This document shows, one piece after another, positions 39,342-51,612 of a stretch of DNA of 64,000 nt. The notes under the pieces were generated by a model. It did no database searches, was not told the DNA's origin, and saw only the letters and a list, made by a program, of their open reading frames with translations. This DNA comes from Lingula anatina (taxonomy: Eukaryota; Animalia; Brachiopoda): NCBI GenBank assembly GCA_051362555.1, contig CM120645.1:18414001-18478000 (forward strand), given 5' to 3'. Within the stretch, counting starts at the first letter, position 1. Every line of letters starts with the position of its first letter. Both the position numbers and the translations under genes were made by a program.

Positions 39342-39349
39342 TTTAAATA
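39342..39349 (-). promoter_or_regulatory. Candidate TATA box of the - strand LRR gene
   Basis: TATTTAAA on the minus strand; downstream CAG|GTGAAA donor (39243) and ttttttctcacag acceptor (39126) could define a short 5' UTR intron. Confidence 0.35.
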
Positions 39350-42300
39350 CTTGCCTTCACAGGAACCACCAATGGATAATTAATGTCTGTAACCAAGTGA
39401 AAATGATTGATTTTCTACTTTAACTGCTCTCTGTCTCTTATCAGTGATTTCCCCAAGGAAGAGTAAAGCTTGGCTTTTATATTTATTATCAACTGATGCT
39501 TTTTCCCTTCCTAATTTACTTCTTTATTATTCCCTTTCACTCTTTGTCACTTCTGTCCTATCTTCTTTGATACTTTTTTTAAAAATTCCTAGCTGGTGTG
39601 AGTCTCTCAATCTCAGTCTTTTTTTTTTTTCTTTTATGATCCTTTGAATTATCTACTCCTTTCTCAACAGCAGGTATTGAAATGTCACTCTTAAGATGTA
39701 ATGTCTCTTTAAGGATATTCTTATGTACGTTCTCCTCTCTATAGTTTTCTATTTTGGGTCCTGTTTTCTTGTGGTAAAGTTTTTCGTTGTGATTGAAAGC
39801 AAGTTTCCCAGTGTATTTATGGGGCCAGCAAACCACGTGGGTTGGGGTTGCCAAACGTAAATACTCCAGCATGTGGCCTCCTGTCTTTGTCAGTATTTAC
39901 GTAGGTAGCTGTATTAGGTTGTATAGCCAGTACGCAGTCTAAGCACGCACATTGATAAATTGTGTCATAGGACTATTAAACACAAAGGTCAGTAGTTAGC
40001 GGAAGTTGGCTACTTCCTGAACACAGGATGGTGTGCTACTCCCTGAGTGAGGGTGCAACACAAGTGCCCCGGCACTCTCCTTCTGTCAATTCTTCTGTCA
40101 ATTGCAGTGAATGATGCAATTCAAAGTAGAACAGATGATAAACAGAGTGGACATGTTCAGTATAATCAAGCTTACTATATGAATTAATATAATATGAAGT
40201 AACAGTAATTTATTCATAGGATAGACCAAAGAAATTAACTCATTGAAAGGTTATGTTCCTGATACATTGATATGTTTTTCTTTTAATTTGATGCCAACAT
40301 GTATTCAACATTCTTTTCATTTGAAACTTATCACTTAATAGTCTCCCAAATTTCAAAATTTCCCTCTATTTTATCTTATTCATTTTATTTTTGCATTAAT
40401 TTTCTTTGAGTATAATGTTTAAATACATTTTGGGTTAAAACATGCTTTATAAAACCATATCTACTGTATGGCTGTATATTGATGGGATAGAAATTTTGAC
40501 ATAGTCAGGGGATAGCTATCAGATAGACATGAAGTCCATGCAGACACTGAACTTCTCATGGGGTATGATACAACATGTATTGAAGGTGAATATCAAAAAC
40601 AAGGTGATACACAGATTATGAAAACAGGAAAAGGGGGAGAATGTTGTAGCATTGTTTGCATTCCTGGGCCCTCTGCTGCCATGAGCTCAGGCCAGCAGAA
40701 CGTGGCAGTTTTAATTGATATAATTGGTTTTAATTATCTACGTCAAATTGGAATGTGAAAAGTTTAGGATGGGTTTGTCAGGTACATTTTGGAGATATCT
40801 CATTCATCTGCAGCCCTTATGCACAGACAGGGCAGAGGACATTGTATAACCTGTAGTTACATGATTAATATTAATGTGATGAAAACAAAAATATCACTCC
40901 TTTTTCTTCTGAAACCAAAGGAAAATCCAACACTGTCAGCTGAAGTAATAGATCAACTTTTGATGTAGATTTGCTCCTACTCATGGTCCACAGTAAAAAA
41001 AAAAAAAACATTTAAGCAAAAATTTGAAAACATGTACAATATGTTGTGTTAATTATAAATAGATTTTGTTACCACAATTTTAATTTCCAATAAGGTGCTT
41101 TAATGTGTAGTAACCTTCCTTTTATTTTAGATGTTCTAAAATTTCCAAAATGCATAGATATTTACCATATGGAGTTAAAGACGAATTTAGTTTGTGATCA
41201 GCTTGGCAAGAACACAAGCAATTATCTCATCCTTTGTATGGGCTACTGACGCTTTTAACTTGCTCTTCTATTTCAGGAATTTAGTGTTTTATATCCGTTC
41301 ACTGCAATAATTGATTTCATGAATGGGGTGAGATACATGGAAAAATGCTAATGACCTCATTCCAAGCCTAAGTGTCAAGTTTTTTCACATGTTTACTACA
41401 GAGAGTGGAAAACTTTGACTAAGGCATAAATACATGCACAATGTACATTTAGATGTGCATGTACAGTGTAGGTCCATTCCTAACCATTATATATTTGTTT
41501 CAAAACATATTTTTCCTTTTTTTTTCTTACAAATTGACTTAAGGAAGAGTACTTTATTGTGACAGTAGCAATCTTGACACTTTTTCTTGGGATATGAAAA
41601 ACACAACAAATTTGCAGTTGGAATGTCAAAATACTTTTTTTCTTGCCTCATGTATATGTTCTTCACCTGGCTTAAGCCTAGAGAATGGTAAAAAGAATTT
41701 TCACTTTATGAAATAGAAGTTTTGAGCAGGGGTTTTAATTTCATTATGATAAAGAATGTGACATGCCTTTGATCATAATAAACATGTTTTTAACAGAAAC
41801 TTGATCAAATTTAAAGCAACAAATACCTCATAATTGTCTCAATCTATAAGGTCATTAACACTGGCAAGTAAACCATGGTCTAGTAAACTCCAGTTAAATT
41901 ATGGTCTAATAAACCCAGTTTCTTTGCAGTCACGCTGATACCAGGAGGTGCATGTATGCCTTATATTCCGAAGGCTTATCGTTCCAATGGTCCAATATTC
42001 CGAAGTCTGTCGGAACCAAGTTAAAAAATCAACCTCAGTTCCAAGGGTTTGATACTTTGATTTTTAGTCTGAGGGTCTGCTGTTCCGAAAAAGGATAGCC
42101 GTGCTTTAGTGCAATGTTATAACTTGCATTTGCAGAGAGGCGCTTTTACCTGTTATTTTGCAACGTATGTTAGTATAACGGGTATATTGAGCAAATCCTT
42201 TATAGCAGTATATTCAGTGTTCGTTTAGTTCCTAACACTGCTATGAAATCTATAAAAAGTTAAAAAATCAGATTTATTAGTTTTCATATGCGAACATAGA

Positions 42301-43119
42301 GCATGTACCCCCCAACGTACGTTTAAATGCTATATGTTATTTATAAACTGAAATAAAACTGACAGAAATCCATTTTGTTTAGAATATACAAACAAATACA
42401 CACAGCAAGGAGGAAAAGCAGTTGTAAGGTACCACATCTTTTAAGCCATTGAGCTGTACTGTCAGAATTAACCTGCAAAATCTGATAAATTGCCAATTTG
42501 TCCCATGCATTGCAAGCGTAAACATCCTCCCTTGACTGCGATTCAGAGTTAACTCCATTTTAACCTAGGTCCCGACCTGGGTTTATTTTCACAAGAAAAG
42601 TTTTGGAAAATATTCATGGCAAAGAGAAAAAGCATACTGCAGTTGTTACTATGACATCTGATATAATCAGTGAGCTGTACTGTCAGAATTTTCTTGCCTT
42701 ATGTGATGAATTGCCCTATTGTATGCATGCGTTTAAAATGTAATCATCCAGCCATGACTGCCAACCAGTGTTAACTCCTATTTAACTCAAGTGCCGATCT
42801 ATGTTTATTCAGATTGTGGTCACGAGTATGTAGTCCATTCACATTAGAAAAGTGAACCCCAATAGGACCGCGATCAGGCATTAAGCACAGTTGAAATTGT
42901 TGGTGTGAATGGGGTATGTGATAAAGGGAAAGGTTAGAATTTTTTTAATGTGAAAATATCACCACTATAAAAACGAAACATTTCACTGGTACAGCCACAG
43001 TTCTCTCATTTCTTAAATTACAATCAAGACAGCCTTTTCTTTTACTTAAATGAAAATATTTCTTGTACAACCTGTCCTAGAAAAAAATTGACCCCCATAG
43101 TAGAAAGTTCCCATTTATA

Positions 43120-43416
43120 CATTGGCCACATTCAGAATAGATGATACGAGTACTAACTGATCTGCCAACTAAATATGGCCGACCACACTTCAAATGAGAT
43201 ATCGCTAATTCTCGTTGCTCTCCCCGCCTCCACATGCGTTGTCGCTGTAGGGGCCTAGCAATTAAAACTCGAAGCTTAGATTTTATCTGTTGAATGGTGC
43301 GTGTGGAGGCGGGAAGACCATCAGGAATCAGCGGCATCTCTTTTGAAGTGCGGTTGGCCATATTTAGTTGGCGGATCAGCTAGTCCTCGGATCATCTATT
43401 CCTACAGGGGCCACTA
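43120..43416. mobile_element. Palindromic MITE with about 75-bp arms
   Basis: GAATAGATGAT..GCCAACTAAATATGGCC..CACTTCAAA mirrored by TTTGAAGTG..GGCCATATTTAGTTGGC..ATCATCTATTC. Confidence 0.75.
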
Positions 43417-43431
43417 ACACTGTTGGCAAAT

Positions 43432-43987
43432 AGAGAGTTTCCGGTGCAGTTGGGATACGACGGCTAGATTGTTACGTATGTGCTAATGTATCCAGTAACG
43501 CGCTTCTCTCTTCGCGTTCCGGTAATGTCCCGGAATGCTGGCGCTCATTCCAATATAATAATAATAATATACGGCCCCGTAGCCATCTATTTCCAAGGGG
43601 GGGATTCTTTTTTATGAAAAAGGACACAAATATTACCCAAAAGTGCAATTTTTCCCTGACAAAAATCGCGGTTCGTAAGAACCCCACGATCAACCCCCGG
43701 CTATGTGCCTGATAAACCAAAACTAGCGGCTCCTCTCTGTTAAAAAGTCGAAATTTGCATGAACGTACACTTGAACTATTGTAAAAAAGTATATAAGTCA
43801 TATAAATTAGCAAACATAACCTTTAATAACAATTTTCAATAATCTTCCGCACTGGCTAGATAGGAGCGCTTGTATTCCGCAGACTAGATGGGATGACGGT
43901 ATATGAATGCGGTGAACGTCACAAGTGCGCACAAACCGATGACGTATTAATCTAGCCGGCGTATCTCACTGGCAACGGAAACTCTCT
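43432..43987. mobile_element. MITE with AAT target duplication (PHIS/Pangu-like), with a smaller nested GC-ended element at about 43572-43711
   Basis: AAT|AGAGAGTTTCCG..GATACG.CGGCTAGATT ... AATCTAGCCG.CGTATC..CGGAAACTCTCT|AAT. Confidence 0.75.
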
Positions 43988-43992
43988 AATAT

Positions 43993-44283
43993 GCAGGACA
44001 GTTCAGGATGGCCTGGCTGTGACCTGCAGGGACAGAGTTCAGGATGGCCTGGCTGTGACCTGTGGGGACAGAGTTCAGGATGGCCTGGATGTGACCTGTG
44101 GGGACAGAGTTCATGATGGTCTAGCTGTGACCTATGGGGACAGAGTTCAGGATGGTCTGGCTGTGACCTGTGGGGACAGAGTTCAGGATGGCCTGGCTGT
44201 GACCTATGGGGACAGAGTTCAGGATGGTCTGGCTGTGACCTGTGGGGACAGAGTTCAGGATGGCCTGGCTGTGACCTGCAGGA
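43993..44283. repeat. 36-bp minisatellite, about 8 copies
   Basis: Unit GGGACAGAGTTCAGGATGGCCTGGCTGTGACCTGTG head-to-tail with few substitutions, no spacers. Confidence 0.95.
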
Positions 44284-45013
44284 ACAACAGAATGGAACAT
44301 GTTCATGGAGCTTTATCATTCATTCACTGGGTTCCAGATTAGCATAAGTAGCATGGATATACCAGTATGCCATCTTCATCTTTTAAAGAGCTTAAAACAA
44401 ATAGCATGGGCATTTAATTCTCATCTGAATCTTGTCTTTAAAAATGCTGTCATAGTTATATCATGTTGATCTTTTGTCTTGATCCTTGTACCTTAAATGG
44501 CTGTTATGTCAGTATTAATTATTGTGAGAGAGAGAAACTTTAAGATAACCACAGCAACATATATTGACCTGCACATTCATATAAATGCTGCTAGCTGATG
44601 ATCATCTGCTAGATATGTGTATGGAAATTTGGATTTAAGTTCTTCTTCTTCTTCTTAAATATCATGTTATACAATGTAAGATCTCTAGTGAATATTTCTT
44701 TGAAGTAATTGGCTGAAATGTGTATCACCTCATTGTAAAGTCAAATGGTTAGGCTAAATTTGTAGGATGAACTTTTATAGCCCAGTCTTTTGTTGATTAA
44801 TCTCCACCCATCACAGTGCTGATAGTGGTCTGCCAACCAATGAAAAACAGATGTGAGTTAAAACGTAATAAAGGCTATGTGTTTATTACATTATTTTGAA
44901 AACTGTCTGTATCTGATCAATAAAGTTGGCAATAACATTGGCTCAGCCCAGATTTATCGTTGCTGATATATATAAGCTGGATATATATAAAATGGGGTCT
45001 AACAATCACCCTC

Positions 45014-48000
45014 TTTTTATGTACAGACACAGATGTGTCTGTACATATAGCCATCATCTGCGTCTGTCGTCGCCGTCGTCGCTGTCGTCGCCGTCGCCGT
45101 GCACTTTTACCGATAACACAATAAGTGGAAAACCATTTTACCTTTTGACTTGAAACTTGCAGAACTGATGAATATTCATAATACGCAGGTCAAGTTCGAA
45201 AATCAGCATGATCGGGTCACTTTTAGGGAATTTATGCTGTTTTTTCACTTTTTTCAGCATGTATGCAGCACCGATAACACGATAAGTGGAAAAACATTTT
45301 ACCTTTTGACTTGAAACTTACAGAACTGATGAATATTCATAATAAGCAGGTCAAGTTCGAAAATCAGCATGATCGGGTCACTTTTAGGGAATTTATGCTG
45401 TTTTTTCACTTTTTTCAGCATATATGCAGCACCGATAACACGATAAGTGGAAAACCATTTTACCTTTTGACTTGAAACTTACAGAACTGATGAATATTCA
45501 TAATACGCAGGTCAAGTTCGAAAATCAGCATGATCGGGTCACTTTTAGGTAATTTATGCTGTTTTTTCACTATTTTCAATATAAATGCAACACTGATAAC
45601 ACAATATAAGAAAAACGGATTGGCCAATTGTAATTATACTCACAGGAGTGGTCAATCTTACTAAAACGCAGGTTGAGTTCGAAAATAAGCATAATCGGGC
45701 CATAACTTAAGAAGTTATACTGTTTTTTCACATTTCCTCAGATTCAATTATTAGGCATGTTAACAGTCTCATTATTTAACTAATAAGATGCCTAAAAGTG
45801 TTTGTTTGATATTTCCTGCATCTTTACAACATTGTTAGTTGATTATGTAAAAAAACATGGTAAACTTGTTATCATGTATTGTGTAATAAAGTGTCAAAAA
45901 TGGAAATAAACTCATATCATTGCAGTTTGTCAGATTCAATCATCCACTATGTTCAGAATCTCAGAATGGAGGAAATTGGACATTTAACACTGTTCTATTG
46001 ATACTTTTCCCATCTCATCAATTTTCTTAGTTGGACATATAAAAATGGCAGTAAAATGTTTATTTTGTTTTATGTTAAAAAAGTGTTAAAAATGGAAATA
46101 AACCCATTTCAGAACAGTGCTGTCTTGTTTACATTTTGGCATTATCAAGGCGTGACTTTGAAGTTCCATGGGCCTGAAGACCTTTGCTAGTCACATTTTC
46201 TGAATATCTGTGATACAAATATTTTATAATTAAAAATTGATGGTCATTAAGCTGTTAAACATTATGTAATATTGCATCAAAATTTGAAGAAACCCCCATT
46301 TTGGGCACTGCTTCCATGATGACCATTTAAGGAAAATCATGTCACTTACTGTTCTCAAACTTACAGGATAGAAACATGGGACTAAAATACAGCTTCAGTA
46401 GGCAATGCAGTCTGTTTGGTATTTTTTTTTTTTTTTTTTGGCAGTTAAACAGTTTTTTGTGAAAATTTAATTTTTCACATATTGGCATTTTCAAGGTGTG
46501 ACTTTAAAGTTCCATGATCTTGAAGACTTTTGCTTGTCACATTTTCTGAATGTCCATGTTACTAACATTTTATTAATAACATTTGATTGTCATTATGCTG
46601 TTAAACATTATGTAATGTTGCATCAAAATTTGAAGAAACCCCTATTTTGGGCACTGCTCCTATGATGACCATTTAAGGGAAATCATGTCACTTAGTGTTC
46701 TCAAACTTACAGGAAAGAAACATGGGTCTAACATACAGCTTCAATAGGCAACGCAGTCTGTTTGGTAAAATTTTCTGGCAATTTAACAGTTTTTTGTGAA
46801 AATTTAATTTTTCACTTATTTGCATCTTTATTTCACTTTTCTCAGCATATATGCAGCACCGATAACACGATATGTGAAATACCATTTTACCTTTAGGCTT
46901 GAAACTTACAGAACTGATGAATATTCATAATACGCAGGTCAAGTTTGAAAAACAGCATGATAGAGCCACTTTTATAGAAGTTATGCTGTTTTTTCATTTT
47001 TTTAGCATATATACAACACTGATAATACAATATAAGAAAAACAGGCAAATTGTCATTTTACTCACAAGAGTGTTCAATCTTACTAAAACATAGGTTGAGT
47101 ATGAAAATCAGCATAATCGGTCCATTATTTTAGAAGTTATTCTTTTTTTTACATTTCCTCAGATTTAATTCTTAGGCATGTTAATAGTCTCATTATTGAA
47201 CTAATAAGATACATAAAAGTGTTTGTTTGACATTTCCTGCATCTTTACAACATTGTCAGTTGATTATGTAAAAATGATGGTAAATTTGTTATCATGTATT
47301 GTGTAATGAAGTGTCAAAACTGGAAATAAACACATATTATTGCAATTTGTCATATTCAATCATCCACTATGTTCAGAATCTTAGATGGAGGAAATTGGAC
47401 ATTTAACACTGTTCTATTGATACTTTCCCCATCTCATCAATTTTATTAGTTGGTCATATAAAAATGGCAGTTAATTGTTAATTTTGTTTTATGTTAAAAA
47501 AGTGTTAAAAATGGAAATAAACCCATTTCAGAAAAGTGCTGTCTTGTTTACATTTTGGCATTTTCAAGATGTGACTTTGAAGTTCCATGGTCCTGAAGAC
47601 CTTTGCTGGTCACATTTTCTGAATATCCATGATACTAATATTTTATTATTAAAAATTGATGGTCATTATGCTGTTAAACATTATGTTATATTGCATCAAA
47701 ATTTGAAGAAACCCCTATTTTGGGCACTGTTCCCATGATGATCATTTAAGGAAAATCATATCACTCACTGTTCTCAAACTTACAGGAAAGAAACATGGGA
47801 CTAAAATATAGCTTCAGTAGGCAATGCAGTCTGTTTGGTAAATTTTTCTGGTAATTAAACAGTTTTTTGTGAAAATTTAATTATTCATTTATTGGCATTT
47901 TCAAGGTGTGACTTAGAACCTCCACGGGCTTGAAGACCTTTGCTAGTCACATTTTCTGAATATCCATGATACTAATATTTTATTATTAAAAATTGATGGT

Positions 48001-49506
48001 CATTATGCTGTTAAACATTATGTAATGTTGCATCAAAATAGAAGAAAACATAATTTTTGGTATTGCTGCCATGATGACCATTATGGGAAAATCATGTTAC
48101 TTACGACTCAATCTTTCAAAAAAAGTTGGAAAAGCAGTCTAATTGGCTTCTTTTTCTGGAATTTATACATTTTAGTGAAATATTCATTATTATCTTTTTG
48201 GCATATTCATTGTGGGACTCAGAACTCCCATGGACATGAAGCCGAATGGTAATCACATTTTCTACATGTCCTTGCTATTCATAGTCAATAATAAAAAAAT
48301 TGGTGATCATTATTCTATAAATTATTATGTAATGTTACATCAAAATTGACAAAAATATTTTTGTACTGCTTCTGCAAACATTATGGAAAGAAAACTGTGT
48401 TACTTATTATTATGTTTAACTTACAAGTATGATTTTTAGGATTGGCATGCAGTTCAAATTAGAAAGCCAGCTCAATTGGGTTATCATTTATTATTGAATT
48501 TATGCAATTTTGTGTTAAATTTTCATTTTTCTCATTCTGGCTCTTTCTAATTGTAAATTTGAACTTTGATGGACCTGAAGCCTTATGCTTTTACTTTTGT
48601 CGTTGTTACCTGTTCTGCATAATTAAAATTTGATATTGACTGTGCAGTTAAACATAATGTACTATTGCATCAGAATTGGCAGTCTCCTATTTTTGTGCAT
48701 TATTGTTTTGTGCTTTTCTTAAGCTGTGTCTTATGGGACAAATTTGTGTGGTCAGTCTGTAAATTCCCCTTGGGTATTCACTAGGCTAAGTTTAGTGCTA
48801 TAAACTCATTTGCCTGATTAAGTGGCCATTAAATGAGATTTCATAAATCACACTTGTTGATATTTCCCTGTAAACTCCCAAAGGTTAAGCTCTCTGCTAG
48901 ATAACAGTGTCCATAATAAGGAAGCACTGAATAGCAGCTTCATTAGACTATATTTTTGTTGTTTTCTTTTTAATTTCTTCTCCAACACTGGCATTTTTAA
49001 GATGTGACTTTCCCATCCACCTGAGGCTCTGCACAATTTCTGTATTTCCACGTAAGCAGTTGTATTTGTATTCATGTCTTTAAACACTAGTAATATTATT
49101 TTATGCACTGTCATCATTTTTCTTATATTGGGACTTTCATCATGTGAATTTTAACTCTCATGGTCATGAAACTATAATCTTATTGAAGGGGTGGATTGAG
49201 ACCATCTTCTGGGTCTCCTGGAAGACAGTTAGATTTTTTATATTGATGGGTATCTATTTTTTTCTTTTGGAAGACCATCAAAATGGAAGATGGATCAATA
49301 AAGATACTTTAGAATACTGTCAAAAATATTTCTGGATCTGCTCCTGTTATTGACCATGTTACCTGTTGTGCATAATGAAAAATCAGTGTTGACTGACTGC
49401 TATTATAAGCATTATTTATTGTTGCATCAAAATTGACAAAATGACCTCTTTTGCATCTTTTTTTTCTGTTTTTTGTCTGTACATTTGACAGCTTTGCTGC
49501 CTTGTT
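45014..49506 (+). mobile_element. Apparently complete non-autonomous Helentron/HINE-like element with internal tandem arrays
   Basis: 5' T-run plus 13-bp hairpin ATGTACAGACACA-ga-TGTGTCTGTACAT (45019-45046); (GTC/GCC)n microsatellite; 161-bp units starting 45112, 45273, 45434 and 45595; 3' subTIR GTCTGTACAT (49475-49484), then hairpin GACAGCTTTGCTGCC and TTGTT. Confidence 0.8.
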
Positions 49507-51444
49507 GCTGTTTCTCTGAATTTGGTTCTTATCATCATGTGGAATGACCTGGTTCACCGCTTACGCAGTATTGTTCTGTTTTAACAATAAAATATTATCA
49601 GTAAAAAAGATAATTGCTTTTATACAGTCTAGGATCAGCTGTTTGGGTGGGTGACATTACAGGCAAATAGGCTGCCTCTGCAAGAGCAAAAGTAGAGTCT
49701 CCCATCTGCTGGGATAGCCTGACACTGAGGCGATCAGCTGATTCATACCACCTGGCAGAAATAAAGTCATAATAATAAAGTCATAAGTTTAAAAAATTAT
49801 TTGTTTAGTAGAATTTACAGTTCAATGTGAATAATTAAAGAATAAAAAAAAATGCATGGGATCTGCTCACTATATTTGAATGAAGAAAATGTTTAATTCT
49901 ATTTCCAACAATATTGCAGTGTTAGTAATACGTTTTGATCAAATTATCTGAAAGTAGATTAAATAATGTCACAAAGTATGCATGTTGCTTTTTGTGTTGG
50001 GTAAAAGCCAAATCATTGATAAAAATAGACATACTAATAAATGAAATCAGTAAGTTTTTGTATTAGAATTAATCAAGTGCTCACAATATATGAGAGCAGC
50101 ATGTACCACTGCTAGGTTTGAACTGTGTATAATTCACACAGAAGAATTGAAAAAAATTCCTATTATTGCAGGTTGGTATTTGCAAAGAGCCTCAAAGCAT
50201 AAAAAAGTACCTTACATGAAATCTCATGGTCATTTTTAATAATTTGAACATTTTGCAGGTCCTTATACACAACAAAATATTTGACCCTTGGAAACTGAAA
50301 GGGAAAATATTTATTGCTGTGTGATTTCTGCAGACCTTACCTATTGTTTTAATTTTATATATAAGAATATATGTAAAAAAAAAATGTAAATGTATATGTA
50401 AATTACTCTAAATAATATATGTCAAACAGTATGTTTCTCCCAAAATAAAAGCATAGAATCTCACAGTAGAATAAGCCAGTCGTAAAATGAATTAGATGGA
50501 AAGAACATGGACAGGGAGGAGAAAATGAATAGCAAATAAAGATGTTTTAATCTTAAAAGATTGAACTGTTTCATAGAACAGAGTGTGCCTAAAAAAAGGC
50601 AAGATCAATGTACAGTTGTCTGTGAATAGGAAAAAAATAATTAAGTCAAGCTTGTGTAAGATTGGTAGTTTTTATTTCAACCAATGCAGAGGCCAGCTGA
50701 GTGAAACTGTTAGTTCTGTGTGAATATATATAATTGCTGGACCTCTGCTGAGATATCCAACAAAACCAATCATTTCTGCCCATGGAACATTTTGTCTTCA
50801 TAGCCAGTAACTCGGAGAAGGGCCTACTAGTAGTGTCTTTGCTTTTCTGTCTGACAAGTCTATATCTGGTAAGGAGGGAATTCCTTTGTCTTCACACAGT
50901 TGAGTAAACAAAGGCTATCAATCTTCACAAAGGATATATATTTAAAAATTATTGGCAACTATCAACAGCAGTCTAAAATCATGTGCTAGAGGTACTCTGT
51001 ACTTCAAAATTAAGTTGAAACTTGAGACACATATACAAGACATGGCAACTCAGACTTGGACAATCATTTATCAACAATAGGATTGAAGTGCTAAACATTA
51101 AAAAAAGTTTTTTTTAACACAATTACATAGTTCAACTTAAATTCATTTCAAATTAAGGTCAGAGCAACAGGACGATAGCAGTTTGTCTTGTAACACTGCT
51201 GAGAAACCTCTAGCATTGATAAGTGTAAACAAATCCAAATGATGTTGCACTGATTAAAATGTTCAATAAATTTCAAACACAACTAATACTGCACTGTAGG
51301 AAATTCCATCAATTGACCTCATTCTGAACTGATGACTTAAGCAAGAAGGAATGTCTTTGATAAATTTAATGCATATTTAATCATTACAGTAACTGTTATA
51401 TGTGATTTAAAGATGTGTCCTGGCAATCCTCTCAGTTAAGTCCT

Positions 51445-51612
51445 CAGGGGTGGATTGAGGCCGCCTTCTAGGTCTTCCAGAAGATGGTCAGATTTTCAAG
51501 TTTACATTGATGGGTATCTAATTTTTTCTGTCAGAAGACAGTCAAAAATGAAGGATGGACCAACTTATATAATTTTGAAGACTATCAGAAAATATCTCTG
51601 GATCCGCCCCTG
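51445..51612. mobile_element. Short hAT-like MITE
   Basis: CAGGGGTGGAT ... GATCCGCCCCTG flanked by a GTCCT duplication; homolog at 49186-49346. Confidence 0.7.

Noticed and set aside
43993-44283. CRISPR array (36-bp repeats)
   Set aside because: Units are contiguous with no unique spacers, there are no cas genes, and the context is eukaryotic
46688-49557. Several 60-90 aa ORFs as Helitron protein or genes
   Set aside because: They lie in AT-rich non-coding HINE units, frames are not conserved between copies, and there are no Rep/helicase motifs
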